Positions 19,496 to 29,975 are shown, counted from the stretch's first letter. The stretch: DNA of 62,192 nt from Gemmatimonadota bacterium (GCA_040389905.1 JAZJZK010000059.1:1-62192); one strand, 5' to 3'. The notes: generated by a model from the letters alone, not told the origin. Program-made: numbers and translations.

Positions 19496-20155
19496 TCACG
19501 GATGCGGATCCATCAAGCTCACCAGCGACATCACGTTGAACGTCTCATCGCGAATCCGTTCGAACGCACCTTCAGTAATCCACTCAGCAGGCGCCATCCA
19601 CGAACCGCCACACGCCACCACGCGACTGTACCCGAGATAACTGCCGAGCGACTCACGAGTGATCCCGCCCGTCGGCATGAATTCCAGCGCCCCGTACGGT
19701 GCCGCGATCGCCTTGAGGTATTTCACCCCACCAGACGGCTCCGCAGGAAAGAATTTCAACGTCCGCAACCCGAACTCCATCGCCCGCTCGATGTCGCTCG
19801 GCGTGCAGACACCTGGGTAGATCGGCAATCCGATCTTCAGACAATGCTCCACGACGCGCGGGTTCATTCCCGGTGCGACGGCGAACTGTGCACCCGCGTC
19901 GAGCGCAAGATCTGCCTGTTCCGTCGTCGTGACCGTTCCGGCACCGACGAGAAAATCCGGCCGCGCGCGAGCGATCCGCGTCAGCGCCTTTTCCGCACCC
20001 TCTGTCCGAAACGTGACCTCGGCGCACGGCAACCCACCCTCGGCAAGCGACTCGGCGAGGGATATGGCTCGGTCGGGATCGTCGATGACAATGACCGGCA
20101 CCACGCGCAATGCACGCAGTCGCGCGTTGATCGGCGCATGCAGCGATTCGCTCAC
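19496..20155 (-). CDS. eda: KDPG/KHG aldolase (paralog 2)
   Basis: AEVTFRT, GAGTV, LKFFPAE, FMPTGGI. Confidence 0.9.
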   Translation of the reverse strand: MSESLHAPINARLRALRVVPVIVIDDPDRAISLAESLAEGGLPCAEVTFRTEGAEKALTRIARARPDFLVGAGTVTTTEQADLALDAGAQFAVAPGMNPRVVEHCLKIGLPIYPGVCTPSDIERAMEFGLRTLKFFPAEPSGGVKYLKAIAAPYGALEFMPTGGITRESLGSYLGYSRVVACGGSWMAPAEWITEGAFERIRDETFNVMSLVSLMDPHP

Positions 20156-21687
20156 GTCACCGACGCCTCGATATGATGTTCGAGCGCAACGCGCATCCCC
20201 TGCGTGCGCATGCGCGAGAGGTGCTGCGCCACCGCTTCACAGAATCCGGGCTGCTGAGTCAGATCGACACCCCAGAGCGTGGCGTCACGACACACGGCCT
20301 CCACGAGACCGTCCACCGGCGCCGATGCATCCTCGGGGAATCCCTCCCAGTGCGCCTGAAGCTGCGCGATCTGGTCATCCGCCGGCACCTTCAATCCCTG
20401 CGCCTTCCGCTCGGCCTGACGCTTCCCTTGTGCGAAGAGCAGGAACGCCGCGAATCCGAACGCGAGCGACTGAGGCACTTCACCTTTCTCCGCGATGTAC
20501 CGCTGAATCGTCGGCACGATGCGGACGCGCGTCTTCATCACCGCCTGCAGCGTGATATCGAATAGCGCGTGCTTGATGAACGGATTCCGGAAACGATCGA
20601 GCACGGCGTCGGCAAAAGCGTCCGCGCCTTCGACATTCAGCGTCGGCGCGATCTCCGTATGCATCGCGTGATACACGAATTTTCCGATCGACGGATCATT
20701 GATCGCGTCACGCACCAACTCGAATCCCATCTGGAGCGCGACAGGGATGAACAGCGTGTGCGCGCCATTCAAGAGATGCACCTTCCGCTTGCGATACGGC
20801 GCAATGTCCTGTGCGATGATAATCCCCGGATCGGCGCTCGCCCAGGTCAGTTTGCTCCGAAGCTCGTCACCGCCCTCGATCGCGAGGAGACGATACGGTT
20901 CGCAACACGTCAGCAGCGCGTCCTCGTAGCCGAGCAGGTTGTTGAGCCGCTCGATGCTCTCGTCGCGTGGTGCGCCTGGCACAATGCGATCGACAAGCGT
21001 GTTGCAGAAGGGCACCTCGTCGCTCACCCAATTGTAGAAGTCCTCGCCGAGTTCCCACCGCTCGGCGAGTGCGAGGACGATGTCCTTCAGCTTGTCGCCA
21101 TTGTTCTCGATCAACTCGCACGGTACGACCGTGACGCCGTGCGCCTCGTCGTACCCGAATGTTCGTCCACGCTCATAGAGGAAGCGAGTCAACTTCGCGG
21201 GAAACGAGCTCGGGGGCGCGTCGTCTGGCCCATCAGTCGGGTGGAGCATGATCCCGACTTCCGTCGTGTTCGAGAACACGTACTTGAGTTCCGGATTGCG
21301 CGCCACCTCGAGCACGCCCTGCCAGTCGTCCACGGCAGACAGCGCACGGCTCAGCGAGCTGATGACGCGCACCTCCTGCATCTGCTGTCCATTCTCGATC
21401 CCTTCGACAACGAGCGTGTAGAGCCCATCCTGCTCCGTCAGCGCGCGATCGCGATTGCTGCCTGTCGAGCCCACGGCGACGATGCGGCCGTCGAACGTGC
21501 CCTGAACGTTCGCGCGATGAATGAAGTCGTCGAGAAACCCGCGGAGGAATCCACCCGTGCCGAATTGCACCACGCGCTCAGGTAGCTCGAGCAATGCCTC
21601 CGACGGCATGTCCACCACACGCCCAAGTTCTGCGCGCACGGTTGCGAGGTGCGAGCGGGTGAGGCGAGGGAGCGTTGTCGTCGTCAA
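20152..21687 (-). CDS. uxaB: Tagaturonate reductase (altronate oxidoreductase)
   Basis: QFGTGGFLRGF, SNTTEVGI, FPAKLT, PCELIENNG, NTLVDRIVPG, RFRNPFIKH. Confidence 0.93.
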   Translation of the reverse strand: MTTTTLPRLTRSHLATVRAELGRVVDMPSEALLELPERVVQFGTGGFLRGFLDDFIHRANVQGTFDGRIVAVGSTGSNRDRALTEQDGLYTLVVEGIENGQQMQEVRVISSLSRALSAVDDWQGVLEVARNPELKYVFSNTTEVGIMLHPTDGPDDAPPSSFPAKLTRFLYERGRTFGYDEAHGVTVVPCELIENNGDKLKDIVLALAERWELGEDFYNWVSDEVPFCNTLVDRIVPGAPRDESIERLNNLLGYEDALLTCCEPYRLLAIEGGDELRSKLTWASADPGIIIAQDIAPYRKRKVHLLNGAHTLFIPVALQMGFELVRDAINDPSIGKFVYHAMHTEIAPTLNVEGADAFADAVLDRFRNPFIKHALFDITLQAVMKTRVRIVPTIQRYIAEKGEVPQSLAFGFAAFLLFAQGKRQAERKAQGLKVPADDQIAQLQAHWEGFPEDASAPVDGLVEAVCRDATLWGVDLTQQPGFCEAVAQHLSRMRTQGMRVALEHHIEASVT

Positions 21688-23195
21688 AGCGTTACTCCGT
21701 CCTTCCAGATGGCAATTTCACGATACCCGTGTTGTTCATTGTTCGTGCGCGTGGTACCCGACGCAACGCTCAGTACGTACGAGAACAGTTCGTCGCCGAG
21801 CGCGTCCATCGTGTGCGTACCGTCGAGCAGTGCGCCCGCGTTGAAGTCGATCCAGTGTGGCTTCTTCGCGGCGATGTCGGAGTTCGACGAGATCTTGATC
21901 GTCGGGACCGGGAATCCGAGTGGCGTGCCTCGGCCTGTCGTGAAGAGCAGTACCGTCGCACCACTCGCGATCATCGCCGTGCATGACACGCCGTCGTTGC
22001 CGGGTCCTTCGAGGAGCGAGAGTCCGCCCGTTCCTGCGGGCTCGCCGTACCGGAGGACGCGCGTCACCGGCGCCTGTCCGCCCTTCTGAATGGCGCCGAG
22101 TGATTTCTCCTCGAGCGTCGTCAGCCCGCCCGCTTTGTTTCCGGGCGACGGATTTTCGTAGATGCTCTGACCGTGCCGGATGAAATACGCCTTGAAGTCG
22201 TTGATCATGGCGACGAGCTGTTCATACACCGGCTCACTCGTCGCACGGTTCATCAACAGCTGCTCGGCACCGAACATCTCTGGTACTTCGGTGAGCAGCA
22301 CGCCCCCGCCGAGCGACGTGAGCTTGTCTGCGATTCGCCCGACGACGGCATTGGCCGTGATGCCACTGAAACCGTCGGAGCCTCCGCACTTGTGGCCGAT
22401 CACCAACTCCGACGCGGGAATCGTCGTGCGCTTGTCGTCTGCCATGCGTGCGACCAGCTCCTCGACCATCGCGAGTCCGCTGGCGCGTTCATCCATCACG
22501 TCCTGCGAATTGAAAAACCGAATTCGACTACGATCGACGTCGCCAGCGCGCGCGAGGAGCGCGTCCATCTGGTTGTTCTCGCAACCCAACCCCAGTACGA
22601 GCACGCCGCCCGCGTTCGGATTGCGCATCAGCCCCGCGAGCACCGCCTGCGTATGCGAGAGGTCATCGCCAAGCTGGCTGCAACCGAACGGATGACCGAA
22701 GGCAAAGACACCGTCGACGTACGGCGTGTCGGCGATGCGCTCCATCGCCTTCTTCGCGATTCCCTCGGCGACGAAGTTGACGCAGCCGACGGTATTGAGA
22801 ATCCACACCTCGTTCCGCGTCCCGACGCGGCCGTCCGCTCGGCGATATCCCTCGAAGGTCGGCATGTCGCCGGGCGCAGCGATGCGTCCTTCGCGCGGGG
22901 CGTATGCGTACGAGTGCATGCCCTCGAGCTGCGTCTTGAGGTTGTGGCTGTGGATCCAGCTGCCCTTCGGCACGGGCTGTGTCGTGACGCCGATGGGAAA
23001 GCCGTACTTCACCACTGCTTCCCCAAGTGCCAAATCACGGAGCGCGAACTTGTGGCCGGGCGCGATGAATTCGTTGAGCTGCACACCGGCACACAATTCA
23101 CCCGCACTCAGATTCCGAACGGCAACCGCGACATTGTCATCCGGGTGGATCTGAACCGCGTCGAGCACGTTTACATCAGGAGCCGACTCAGCCAC
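21684..23195 (-). CDS. uxaA: Altronate dehydratase
   Basis: N-terminal SAF domain; GCSQLGDD, KCGGSDGFSG, ENPSPGNKAGG, FTTGRGTP. Confidence 0.93.
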   Translation of the reverse strand: MAESAPDVNVLDAVQIHPDDNVAVAVRNLSAGELCAGVQLNEFIAPGHKFALRDLALGEAVVKYGFPIGVTTQPVPKGSWIHSHNLKTQLEGMHSYAYAPREGRIAAPGDMPTFEGYRRADGRVGTRNEVWILNTVGCVNFVAEGIAKKAMERIADTPYVDGVFAFGHPFGCSQLGDDLSHTQAVLAGLMRNPNAGGVLVLGLGCENNQMDALLARAGDVDRSRIRFFNSQDVMDERASGLAMVEELVARMADDKRTTIPASELVIGHKCGGSDGFSGITANAVVGRIADKLTSLGGGVLLTEVPEMFGAEQLLMNRATSEPVYEQLVAMINDFKAYFIRHGQSIYENPSPGNKAGGLTTLEEKSLGAIQKGGQAPVTRVLRYGEPAGTGGLSLLEGPGNDGVSCTAMIASGATVLLFTTGRGTPLGFPVPTIKISSNSDIAAKKPHWIDFNAGALLDGTHTMDALGDELFSYVLSVASGTTRTNNEQHGYREIAIWKDGVTL

Positions 23196-23196
23196 C

Positions 23197-24681
23197 TCAG
23201 TTCGCCGGCACGGGGAAACGGTAGGTCTCCCGGACGAGGTCCACGGCGCAGGCGTGCGCGATTTCCCGCGCTTCGTCCATTTCGATCAGGTGTCGCGCAA
23301 CGAGGCCCGCAATCCAGTTGGCATCCATGCGACGCGCGAGATCGTGGCGAGCGGGAATCGAACAGAATGCGCGTGTGTCGTCGTTGAAGCCGGAGGTGTT
23401 GTAGATGCCCGCCGTCTCCGATACCTGTTCGCGATAGCGGCGCATGCCCTCGATGGAATCGTGGAACCACCACGGTGGGCCGAGTCGCACCGCTGGATAG
23501 TGTCCTGCTAATGGGGCAAGTTCGCGCGAGTAGGTGCTTTCGTCGAGCGTGAACAGCACCATGGAGAATCGCGGATCGCTGCCGTAGCGGCTGAGCAGTG
23601 GGCGGAGGTTCCGCGTAAACTCTGCGATAATCGGAATATCCGCGCCCTTGTCCGGTCCAAAGCGCGCAAACATTGCGGCGTTGTGATCACGGAAGGAACC
23701 GGGATGGAGTTGCATGACGAGACCGTCCTCGACGGACATGCGCGCCATCTCCATCAGCATGTGCCCTTCGAACTGGCGCTGATCCGCCGGTGTCGCTTCG
23801 CCACGCTTTCCGAGCTGGAACAGCCGTTCTGCTTCTTCCGGCGCTAGTTCCGTCGTAAATGGCTCCAACACACCGTGATCGGTGGCGGTTGCGCCGAACG
23901 ACTTGAAGTAGCGACGGCGGTCCGCGAGCGCAGCGACGAGCGACTCGGCACTGTTGATCGACATGCCGCTCACGCTCTGGAGCGCGTTGACGTCTGCGTT
24001 CCAGGTTGGCAGCGCAATGCGAAACACCGCGTCCGGCCGGAAGCTCGGAACGACGCGGTGCTTGCCGAACGTCCAGTCCGACGCACGTATGGTCTGGTGG
24101 TGCGGGAGCGGATCGGCGGCGAAGTCCGTCGTCGCCAACATCTCGATCTTGAACTGCTCGAACAGCGCCCTCGGCAGGAACTCCGGGCTCGTCAGCTTCT
24201 CGGCGATTTCGTCATAGATGTACTGCGCATTCTCGCCGTCCAGCCGGCGGCGGACGCCGAACACTTCATAGAGTTCGTGCGCCAGCCATGCGCCGGACGG
24301 CGTGCCGCGGAAGAGGTACCAGTGATCTGCGACGCGCTGCCAGATGACGCGCGGGTCGCTCTCGACCGCGGTGCCATCGCGCGTCGGGACGCCGATGTCT
24401 TCCATCGGCACGCCGCGGCTGTAGAGCATCCGGAAGATGTAGTGATCCGGAATGATCAGGAGCGCAGTGGGCTCCGGAAACGGATTGTTCGTGGCGAGGA
24501 TCGACGGGTCGACGTGCCCATGCGGACAGATCAGCGGCAGGTCACACGTTTCGGCGTAGAGTTCGCGCGCAACGCGGCGAATTGCCGGGTCCGAGTCGAA
24601 GAATCGGTCGGCGTGAAGCGTGAGGGGCGTGCCGTCGCCGTTCTGGGCGCTGGCTCGTACGTGGTTCACCACACTCGCCAT
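23197..24681 (-). CDS. uxaC: Uronate isomerase
   Basis: PHGHVDP, PDHYIFRM, PPWWFHDS, GFNDDTRAF, PARHD. Confidence 0.95.
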   Translation of the reverse strand: MASVVNHVRASAQNGDGTPLTLHADRFFDSDPAIRRVARELYAETCDLPLICPHGHVDPSILATNNPFPEPTALLIIPDHYIFRMLYSRGVPMEDIGVPTRDGTAVESDPRVIWQRVADHWYLFRGTPSGAWLAHELYEVFGVRRRLDGENAQYIYDEIAEKLTSPEFLPRALFEQFKIEMLATTDFAADPLPHHQTIRASDWTFGKHRVVPSFRPDAVFRIALPTWNADVNALQSVSGMSINSAESLVAALADRRRYFKSFGATATDHGVLEPFTTELAPEEAERLFQLGKRGEATPADQRQFEGHMLMEMARMSVEDGLVMQLHPGSFRDHNAAMFARFGPDKGADIPIIAEFTRNLRPLLSRYGSDPRFSMVLFTLDESTYSRELAPLAGHYPAVRLGPPWWFHDSIEGMRRYREQVSETAGIYNTSGFNDDTRAFCSIPARHDLARRMDANWIAGLVARHLIEMDEAREIAHACAVDLVRETYRFPVPAN

Positions 24682-24832
24682 TGCTCGACGGGGTGCGTAG
24701 AAGAGAGGAAGCGGGCCGGTGACACCCGGACGCGCCGGAGAGGGAATGCTTGGGGAACAAAAGCTTCGTCGGACTGCTGTATTCTCTTATCGGACAACAA
24801 CTTGCGCGTGCAGCCCGCGCTGACGTGCGTCG

Positions 24833-24853
24833 AGTTTGTTCGAACTACAAACT
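24833..24853. promoter_or_regulatory. Palindromic operator, XylR/ROK-like
   Basis: AGTTTGT-N7-ACAAACT perfect inverted repeat just downstream of the uxaC promoter. Confidence 0.7.
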
Positions 24854-24866
24854 AATACAGACGTTG

Positions 24867-24895
24867 AATGTACAGAGGCGCATTACGACTGGCAA
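24867..24895 (-). promoter_or_regulatory. Sigma70-type promoter of the uxaC operon
   Basis: Minus strand TTGCCA-17 nt-TACATT in an AT-rich patch. Confidence 0.7.
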
Positions 24896-24987
24896 TATTT
24901 TGGGACCGTGTTCGATAATATCAATCGGATGGTTGGGCTCGTTTGGCACGCTAGGTGAAACGAAGAGTCTGCACGTGTCGTTGCGAT

Positions 24988-25030
24988 GTTCCGCTTGTTT
25001 TGTCGCCCTGAGCGAAGCGAAGGGCCTGCA
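24988..25030 (+). repeat. REP-like TGTC..CTGAGCG.AGCGAAGG repeat
   Basis: gttccgcttgttttgtcgccctgagcgaagcgaagggcctgca. Confidence 0.75.
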
Positions 25031-25069
25031 TGTGCAGTACGGCTGCCACTCCTCCTGTGATACTACCAT

Positions 25070-27895
25070 ATGCTGAACAACTCGGACGCCAGAGTCCCGA
25101 ACAGTTCTGACCCCCACGATGGCCCGACCGCCACTCGCGACGTCGACCTCCCCCTCCACGAAGACGTCCGCCGCCTCGCTGCCGCCCTCGGCCGCGTCAT
25201 CCGCCGTCTGGAGGGCGAGGAAGCCTTCCTTACCGTCGACATGCTTCGCCGCGAATCGCGCGCGCGCCGCCGCAATGACCCCGGCGCGCCGACCCTCGAG
25301 ACGCAACTCGAGTACGTCGACCACCTTTCACTCTCCCTCTGCGCCGTCTCGGCAAGAGCCTTCACGCTCTTCTTCCTCCTCATCAACACCGCAGAGCAGG
25401 TGCACCGCGTGCGTCGGAGTCGAGCGTACGCCGAGGACGCCGACGCCGCGCCGCAGCCCGCCTCTGCACGCTGGACCATGCGGAAGCTGCGCGAAACCGG
25501 CCGCTCGGCCGGCGAGGTGCTCGACGCGATCACGCGACTCGACGTACGCCCCGTGCTCACCGCGCATCCGACGGAGTCCACTCGGCGTACCCTGCTCGCG
25601 TTGCAAGCACGCGTCGCCGATCTGTTGCTGCGGTGGGAGGCAACTGCGAGAGGCGAGCGCCGCGAGCTCGAAGAGCGTCTCGACGGCGAGATCGAACTCC
25701 TCTGGCTGGCCGCTGAGGTTCGGCGCGATCGGCCGACGGTACTCGATGAGGTGAGTACAGTCCTGTGGTATCTCGAGACCAGGCTCCTCGACGCCAGCGC
25801 TACCGCGCGCGACGCCCTCGTACGCGCATTCGAGGATGAATTCGGTGCCACCGCCGATGCGTTGCGCATCCCTGTCCCCATTCACATCGGCAACTGGGTC
25901 GGTGGCGATCGCGACGGAAATCCATTCGTCACTCCTGACACCACCATCGCCGCCGCGCGCCGCGCGAGTCACGTGATACTCGGCCGCTACGGCCGCATGC
26001 TCGACGATCTCATCGAACGTCTCGCGCTTTCGGCGCAACATGCTCCGCCGCCGGAAGCGTTGCTCGCGTCGCTCGAGACCGACAGCGCGCTGCTTCCTGC
26101 CGTGTTTTCCACCAACCGCGCCCGCAACGCATCGGAACCCGTGCGTCTCAAGCTCAGCTTCATTGCGGAGCGTATCGCCGCCACGCGGCGGCGCGTTGCG
26201 TCGCGCGACGCTGGCGCACTGCGCGCCGAACCTGCCGCGTACGAAAACGCGGAGGCGTTCGACGCGGACTTGATGCTGATCCGCGAAAGCTTGCTGAGCG
26301 CCGGCGCAGTCGAGGCGTGTCGCACCGTGCTCGATCCACTGATCGCGATCGTGCGCGCGCACGGTTTCCACGGATTCATGCTCGACGTGCGCGATCATGC
26401 CGACATGCATCGTGCTGCAGTTGACGAGATCGCGACGGTGCTTGGCTTGGCGAGCCTGGACGGCGCCGCACTTCGCGCCGAGCTCACCGGCCGGCGTCCC
26501 CTGGTGGGGACCCACCTTCCCCTGGGTGAAGCCACGCGACGCGTCCTCGACACCTTCGCCGCCATTCGTCTCATTCAGGACGAGTCCGGCCAGCAGGCTG
26601 CGCAGACATACATCGTATCGATGTCGCGCGAGCCGGAAGATCTCCTTCGCGTCCTGCTGCTCGCGCGTGAAGCCGGCCTCGTCGATCTCGCTGGCGATTC
26701 CCCAATGTCGCGACTCGACGTCGTTCCGCTGTTCGAGACCCTCGCCGATCTCGATTCTGCGCCAAGCGTCATGCGTGCGCTACTCGATGATCCGGTCTAT
26801 CGACGTCAGCTCGGCGCGCGCGGCAATCGGCAGGAAGTCATGCTCGGCTATTCCGACTCGGCGAAGGATGCGGGCCTCCTCTCAGCGTCGTGGGCGCTCT
26901 ATCGCGCGCAGGAGTCGCTCGCTGCGCTGTTCAAGGACAGCGGTGTCGAACTGCTCATGTTCCATGGTCGCGGCGGAGGTGTGGGACGCGGCGGCGGCTC
27001 ACCCGTGCATCGCGCACTCTCGGCGCTGCCTCCGGGTACGACCGGTGGCCGGATCAAGATCACCGAGCAAGGCGAGATTATCTCGCAGCAGTTTGGCTTG
27101 CTGCCTGTCGCCGAGCGTTCGCTCGAGGTGTCCATTTCCGGTGTGTTGTTGCATGAGTTCACGGACTGGCGCACAGGCCTCGATGTCGCGGAAGTCTCCC
27201 GTTTTCGAGACGTGGTGGATTCGCTTGCCGCGCGCTCGTTTGGTTTCTATCGCGCGTTAGTGCATGAACGGCCGGAGCTGTTTGCTCTTTTTCGCACTAC
27301 GACGCCGATTGCGGAACTTGCCGATGCGCGCTTCGGCTCTCGTCCCGCGTATCGCCCCGGGGCGAACGCGGGCATCGATGGCATTCGAGCGATACCGTGG
27401 GCCTTCGGCTGGACGCAAATCCGACTCATGCTCACCGGCTGGCTCGGCGTCGGCACGGCGCTTTCTGAGGCCTGTTCGAGCGATGAGGGATTGCGGGAGC
27501 TGCAGCACATGACGCGAACGTGGCCTTTCTTCGACGACTTCCTGTCGAAGGTGGAGATGGTCTGCGCGAAGACCGATCTCGACATCGCGCGCGCGTACGT
27601 GGAGCGTCTTGGTGGCGATGCGATCTTGTTCGATGCGCTGTGCGATGAATATCGCCGCACCGTGGATGCGGTGCTGCGCATTCGCGAGACAACGCAGCTC
27701 GTGTCAGATGTCCCGGTGCTCCAGGCAGCGATCTCGCTGCGGAACCCGTATGTCGATCCGTTGTCGCTCCTTCAGGTAGCGCTACTGCGCCAGAAGCGCG
27801 AGGCAGTGGCGCGTGGAGACGATCACGCGGCGATCGACGAAGTTCTTTCGACGACACTGAGTGGCATCGCACAGGGACTGAGAAACACCGGTTGA
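25070..27895 (+). CDS. ppc: Phosphoenolpyruvate carboxylase
   Basis: VLTAHPTE, GGDRDGNP, VPLFET, MLGYSDSAKD, FHGRGG..GRGG, TEQGE, RAIPW, LRNTG. Confidence 0.97.
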   Translation: MLNNSDARVPNSSDPHDGPTATRDVDLPLHEDVRRLAAALGRVIRRLEGEEAFLTVDMLRRESRARRRNDPGAPTLETQLEYVDHLSLSLCAVSARAFTLFFLLINTAEQVHRVRRSRAYAEDADAAPQPASARWTMRKLRETGRSAGEVLDAITRLDVRPVLTAHPTESTRRTLLALQARVADLLLRWEATARGERRELEERLDGEIELLWLAAEVRRDRPTVLDEVSTVLWYLETRLLDASATARDALVRAFEDEFGATADALRIPVPIHIGNWVGGDRDGNPFVTPDTTIAAARRASHVILGRYGRMLDDLIERLALSAQHAPPPEALLASLETDSALLPAVFSTNRARNASEPVRLKLSFIAERIAATRRRVASRDAGALRAEPAAYENAEAFDADLMLIRESLLSAGAVEACRTVLDPLIAIVRAHGFHGFMLDVRDHADMHRAAVDEIATVLGLASLDGAALRAELTGRRPLVGTHLPLGEATRRVLDTFAAIRLIQDESGQQAAQTYIVSMSREPEDLLRVLLLAREAGLVDLAGDSPMSRLDVVPLFETLADLDSAPSVMRALLDDPVYRRQLGARGNRQEVMLGYSDSAKDAGLLSASWALYRAQESLAALFKDSGVELLMFHGRGGGVGRGGGSPVHRALSALPPGTTGGRIKITEQGEIISQQFGLLPVAERSLEVSISGVLLHEFTDWRTGLDVAEVSRFRDVVDSLAARSFGFYRALVHERPELFALFRTTTPIAELADARFGSRPAYRPGANAGIDGIRAIPWAFGWTQIRLMLTGWLGVGTALSEACSSDEGLRELQHMTRTWPFFDDFLSKVEMVCAKTDLDIARAYVERLGGDAILFDALCDEYRRTVDAVLRIRETTQLVSDVPVLQAAISLRNPYVDPLSLLQVALLRQKREAVARGDDHAAIDEVLSTTLSGIAQGLRNTG

Positions 27896-27898
27896 GTA

Positions 27899-27940
27899 TT
27901 GTCACCCCGAGCGAGCGCAGCGAGTCGAGGGGTCTGCACC
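27899..27940 (+). repeat. REP-like repeat (variant) directly after the ppc stop
   Basis: ttgtcaccccgagcgagcgcagcgagtcgaggggtctgcacc. Confidence 0.65.
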
Positions 27941-27983
27941 TGCTGTTCCGCCGTTCCGCTCGTTGTCGCGGTGAGCTTCAGCT

Positions 27984-28589
27984 TCAGCGCGGCAATGCAA
28001 GCGTGATCCCCATCGTCATGCGCACGAAGCCGTAGTCTCTCTTGTACGCCGCGGAGTTGTCCTTATCGACGATCGCGCGGATATACCGCAGATCGCTTCG
28101 GAAGCCGAAGATGCCGGTCACCGACCGCGACACCCCAGCACCGACGTTGAATGCCATGTCGGTTTGATCGACGTCGTATTGGGTTCCCGGCCCTTCGATC
28201 CATGGGTGGATCATGCCGACGCCCGCCGTGGCATACGGACGCCATTTTTCCTCGTTGCCTCGCAGCGGGAACACCACGTTCCCCATATAGCTCCAGGCGC
28301 GCGTGTTGAGGTCGATGCACGCCGTTGTGCGGGCGACCACGCCGCAGTTATTGGGAATGAGGTCAACATTCCGGTCCTTGAAGAAGTGGAAGTATCGCTG
28401 GACCTCGACTTCGAACCCTACCCGATCACCGAATACGCCGAGGGCGAGGCCCGGACCGCCTCTGCGGAACTCGGCGTCCCCAGCGAGGTTGCCGCCCATG
28501 AAGGGCGTGGCCACCAGCTGCGCGTGTGCGGTCGTCGCCACGGATGAGACCACCAGCGCGATGAGAAGACTGTATCGGCGAACGCGCAT
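27984..28589 (-). CDS. Outer-membrane beta-barrel protein
   Basis: GGAG RBS; signal peptide ending AHA-Q; amphipathic strands (RPYATAGVG, FNVGAGV, FRSDLRY). Confidence 0.8.
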   Translation of the reverse strand: MRVRRYSLLIALVVSSVATTAHAQLVATPFMGGNLAGDAEFRRGGPGLALGVFGDRVGFEVEVQRYFHFFKDRNVDLIPNNCGVVARTTACIDLNTRAWSYMGNVVFPLRGNEEKWRPYATAGVGMIHPWIEGPGTQYDVDQTDMAFNVGAGVSRSVTGIFGFRSDLRYIRAIVDKDNSAAYKRDYGFVRMTMGITLALPR

Positions 28590-28745
28590 GCGAAGTTCTC
28601 CAATTGGCAAGGATGTCCGGTTGAGCTTGCGCCCACGGTGGGTGCGCCTGATTTTGTCCATTCTGTCACCCCGTGCGTGCGACACGTTGTCGAGGGGTTC
28701 ACTTGAGCCAGGTGGTACTGTGACGATGCACCCACGGACCCTCGT

Positions 28746-29963
28746 TTGAGAAAGATCGACACGCGCGACTTTCGTCGTGCTACCCGCACGACGTCGCGCG
28801 AAATCAACCGCCGCATTGTGCTCAACCTCGTCCGCGATCATCAGCCTGTGTCGCGCGCCGACCTCGCTCGGCGCATGGATATCGGGCGCGGCGTCGTGAC
28901 GTCGATCATTCAGGAGCTGATCGACGAGGGAACCATCTACGAAGGCGCCACTGGCCCCGCCGCCCGCGGCCGGCGCCCGACCATGCTGTACGTGCGGACG
29001 CAGGATCGCCTCGTCGTCGCCGTGGATATTCGGTTCAGCCGCACCTTTATCATGCTCAGCGATTTTGCGGGGACGCAGATCGCACTCGAGTCCTTCGAAA
29101 CGATCCTTGACCCGGCAGCGCTGATGAACGAGCTCGCCGAGCGGATCAATCGATTGCTTGCGTCGCGCGATGCGCGCGGTCGTTGTGAAGGTGTTGGCCT
29201 GGTGATTCCAGGCATGGTGGAGCGCGTGACCGGCCGCGTGTTGCTGTCCCCGCAGCTCGGCTGGCGCGACGTGGACATTCGTGTGTCGCTGGCGACGGCC
29301 GTGGGATTGCCCGTCATCATCGAGAATGCGCCGATGGCGTGTGCGCTCGCGCAGATGTGGTTGGGCCAGCGTGGAAACAGTCCGGACAACTTCGTCTATG
29401 TGACCGTGTCCGATGGTGTCGGTGCGGGCATCGTCTTGAACGGCCAGTTGATTCGCGGCGACACCAATTCGGCGGGTGAGTTCGGGCACATTCTGCTCGA
29501 TCCTGCGGGTCCGCAATGTCTCTGTGGTGCGCACGGATGTTGGGAAGCGTATACGTCCAACCAGGCGACGCTGTCGCGGTACCTTGGACGTGAGCTCACT
29601 CCAATCTGGGGCCAGTCAACCAGACAAGCGGTGCCGTTGACGATCGACGATCTCATATCGAAAGCGCGAGGCGGCGATGCGCGCGCGTCGAGCGCGATCG
29701 AGGCGACGGGCCATTATCTCGGCGTTGGTATTGGGGGAATCATCAATGCGCTCAACCCGTCGCAGGTGTTTCTCGGTGGCGAGATTACGGGCGCGTGGGA
29801 CATGATCGAAACCGCCGTGCGAGAAGGAATCATGGAGCGTGCGCTCACGCGGGCCGGGGCGGCGACGCCGGTGGTGCCGGAGCAGATGGGTGGGTATCCT
29901 CGGCTTCGAGGCGCCACCGCGTTGGTAGCGGCGCCACACTTTGCGGCACCGCGTGTGGCATAG
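28746..29963 (+). CDS. ROK-family transcriptional regulator (NagC/XylR-like)
   Basis: N-terminal HTH (SRADLARRM..GRRP); GVGAGIV, AGEFGH, CLCGAHGCWE zinc motif. Confidence 0.93.
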   Translation: MRKIDTRDFRRATRTTSREINRRIVLNLVRDHQPVSRADLARRMDIGRGVVTSIIQELIDEGTIYEGATGPAARGRRPTMLYVRTQDRLVVAVDIRFSRTFIMLSDFAGTQIALESFETILDPAALMNELAERINRLLASRDARGRCEGVGLVIPGMVERVTGRVLLSPQLGWRDVDIRVSLATAVGLPVIIENAPMACALAQMWLGQRGNSPDNFVYVTVSDGVGAGIVLNGQLIRGDTNSAGEFGHILLDPAGPQCLCGAHGCWEAYTSNQATLSRYLGRELTPIWGQSTRQAVPLTIDDLISKARGGDARASSAIEATGHYLGVGIGGIINALNPSQVFLGGEITGAWDMIETAVREGIMERALTRAGAATPVVPEQMGGYPRLRGATALVAAPHFAAPRVA

Positions 29964-29975
29964 GACAGATGCGAG

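Noticed and set aside
27984..29534. 516-aa minus-strand ORF
   Set aside because: The 5' extension is antisense to the ROK gene; the real start with RBS and signal peptide is at 28589.
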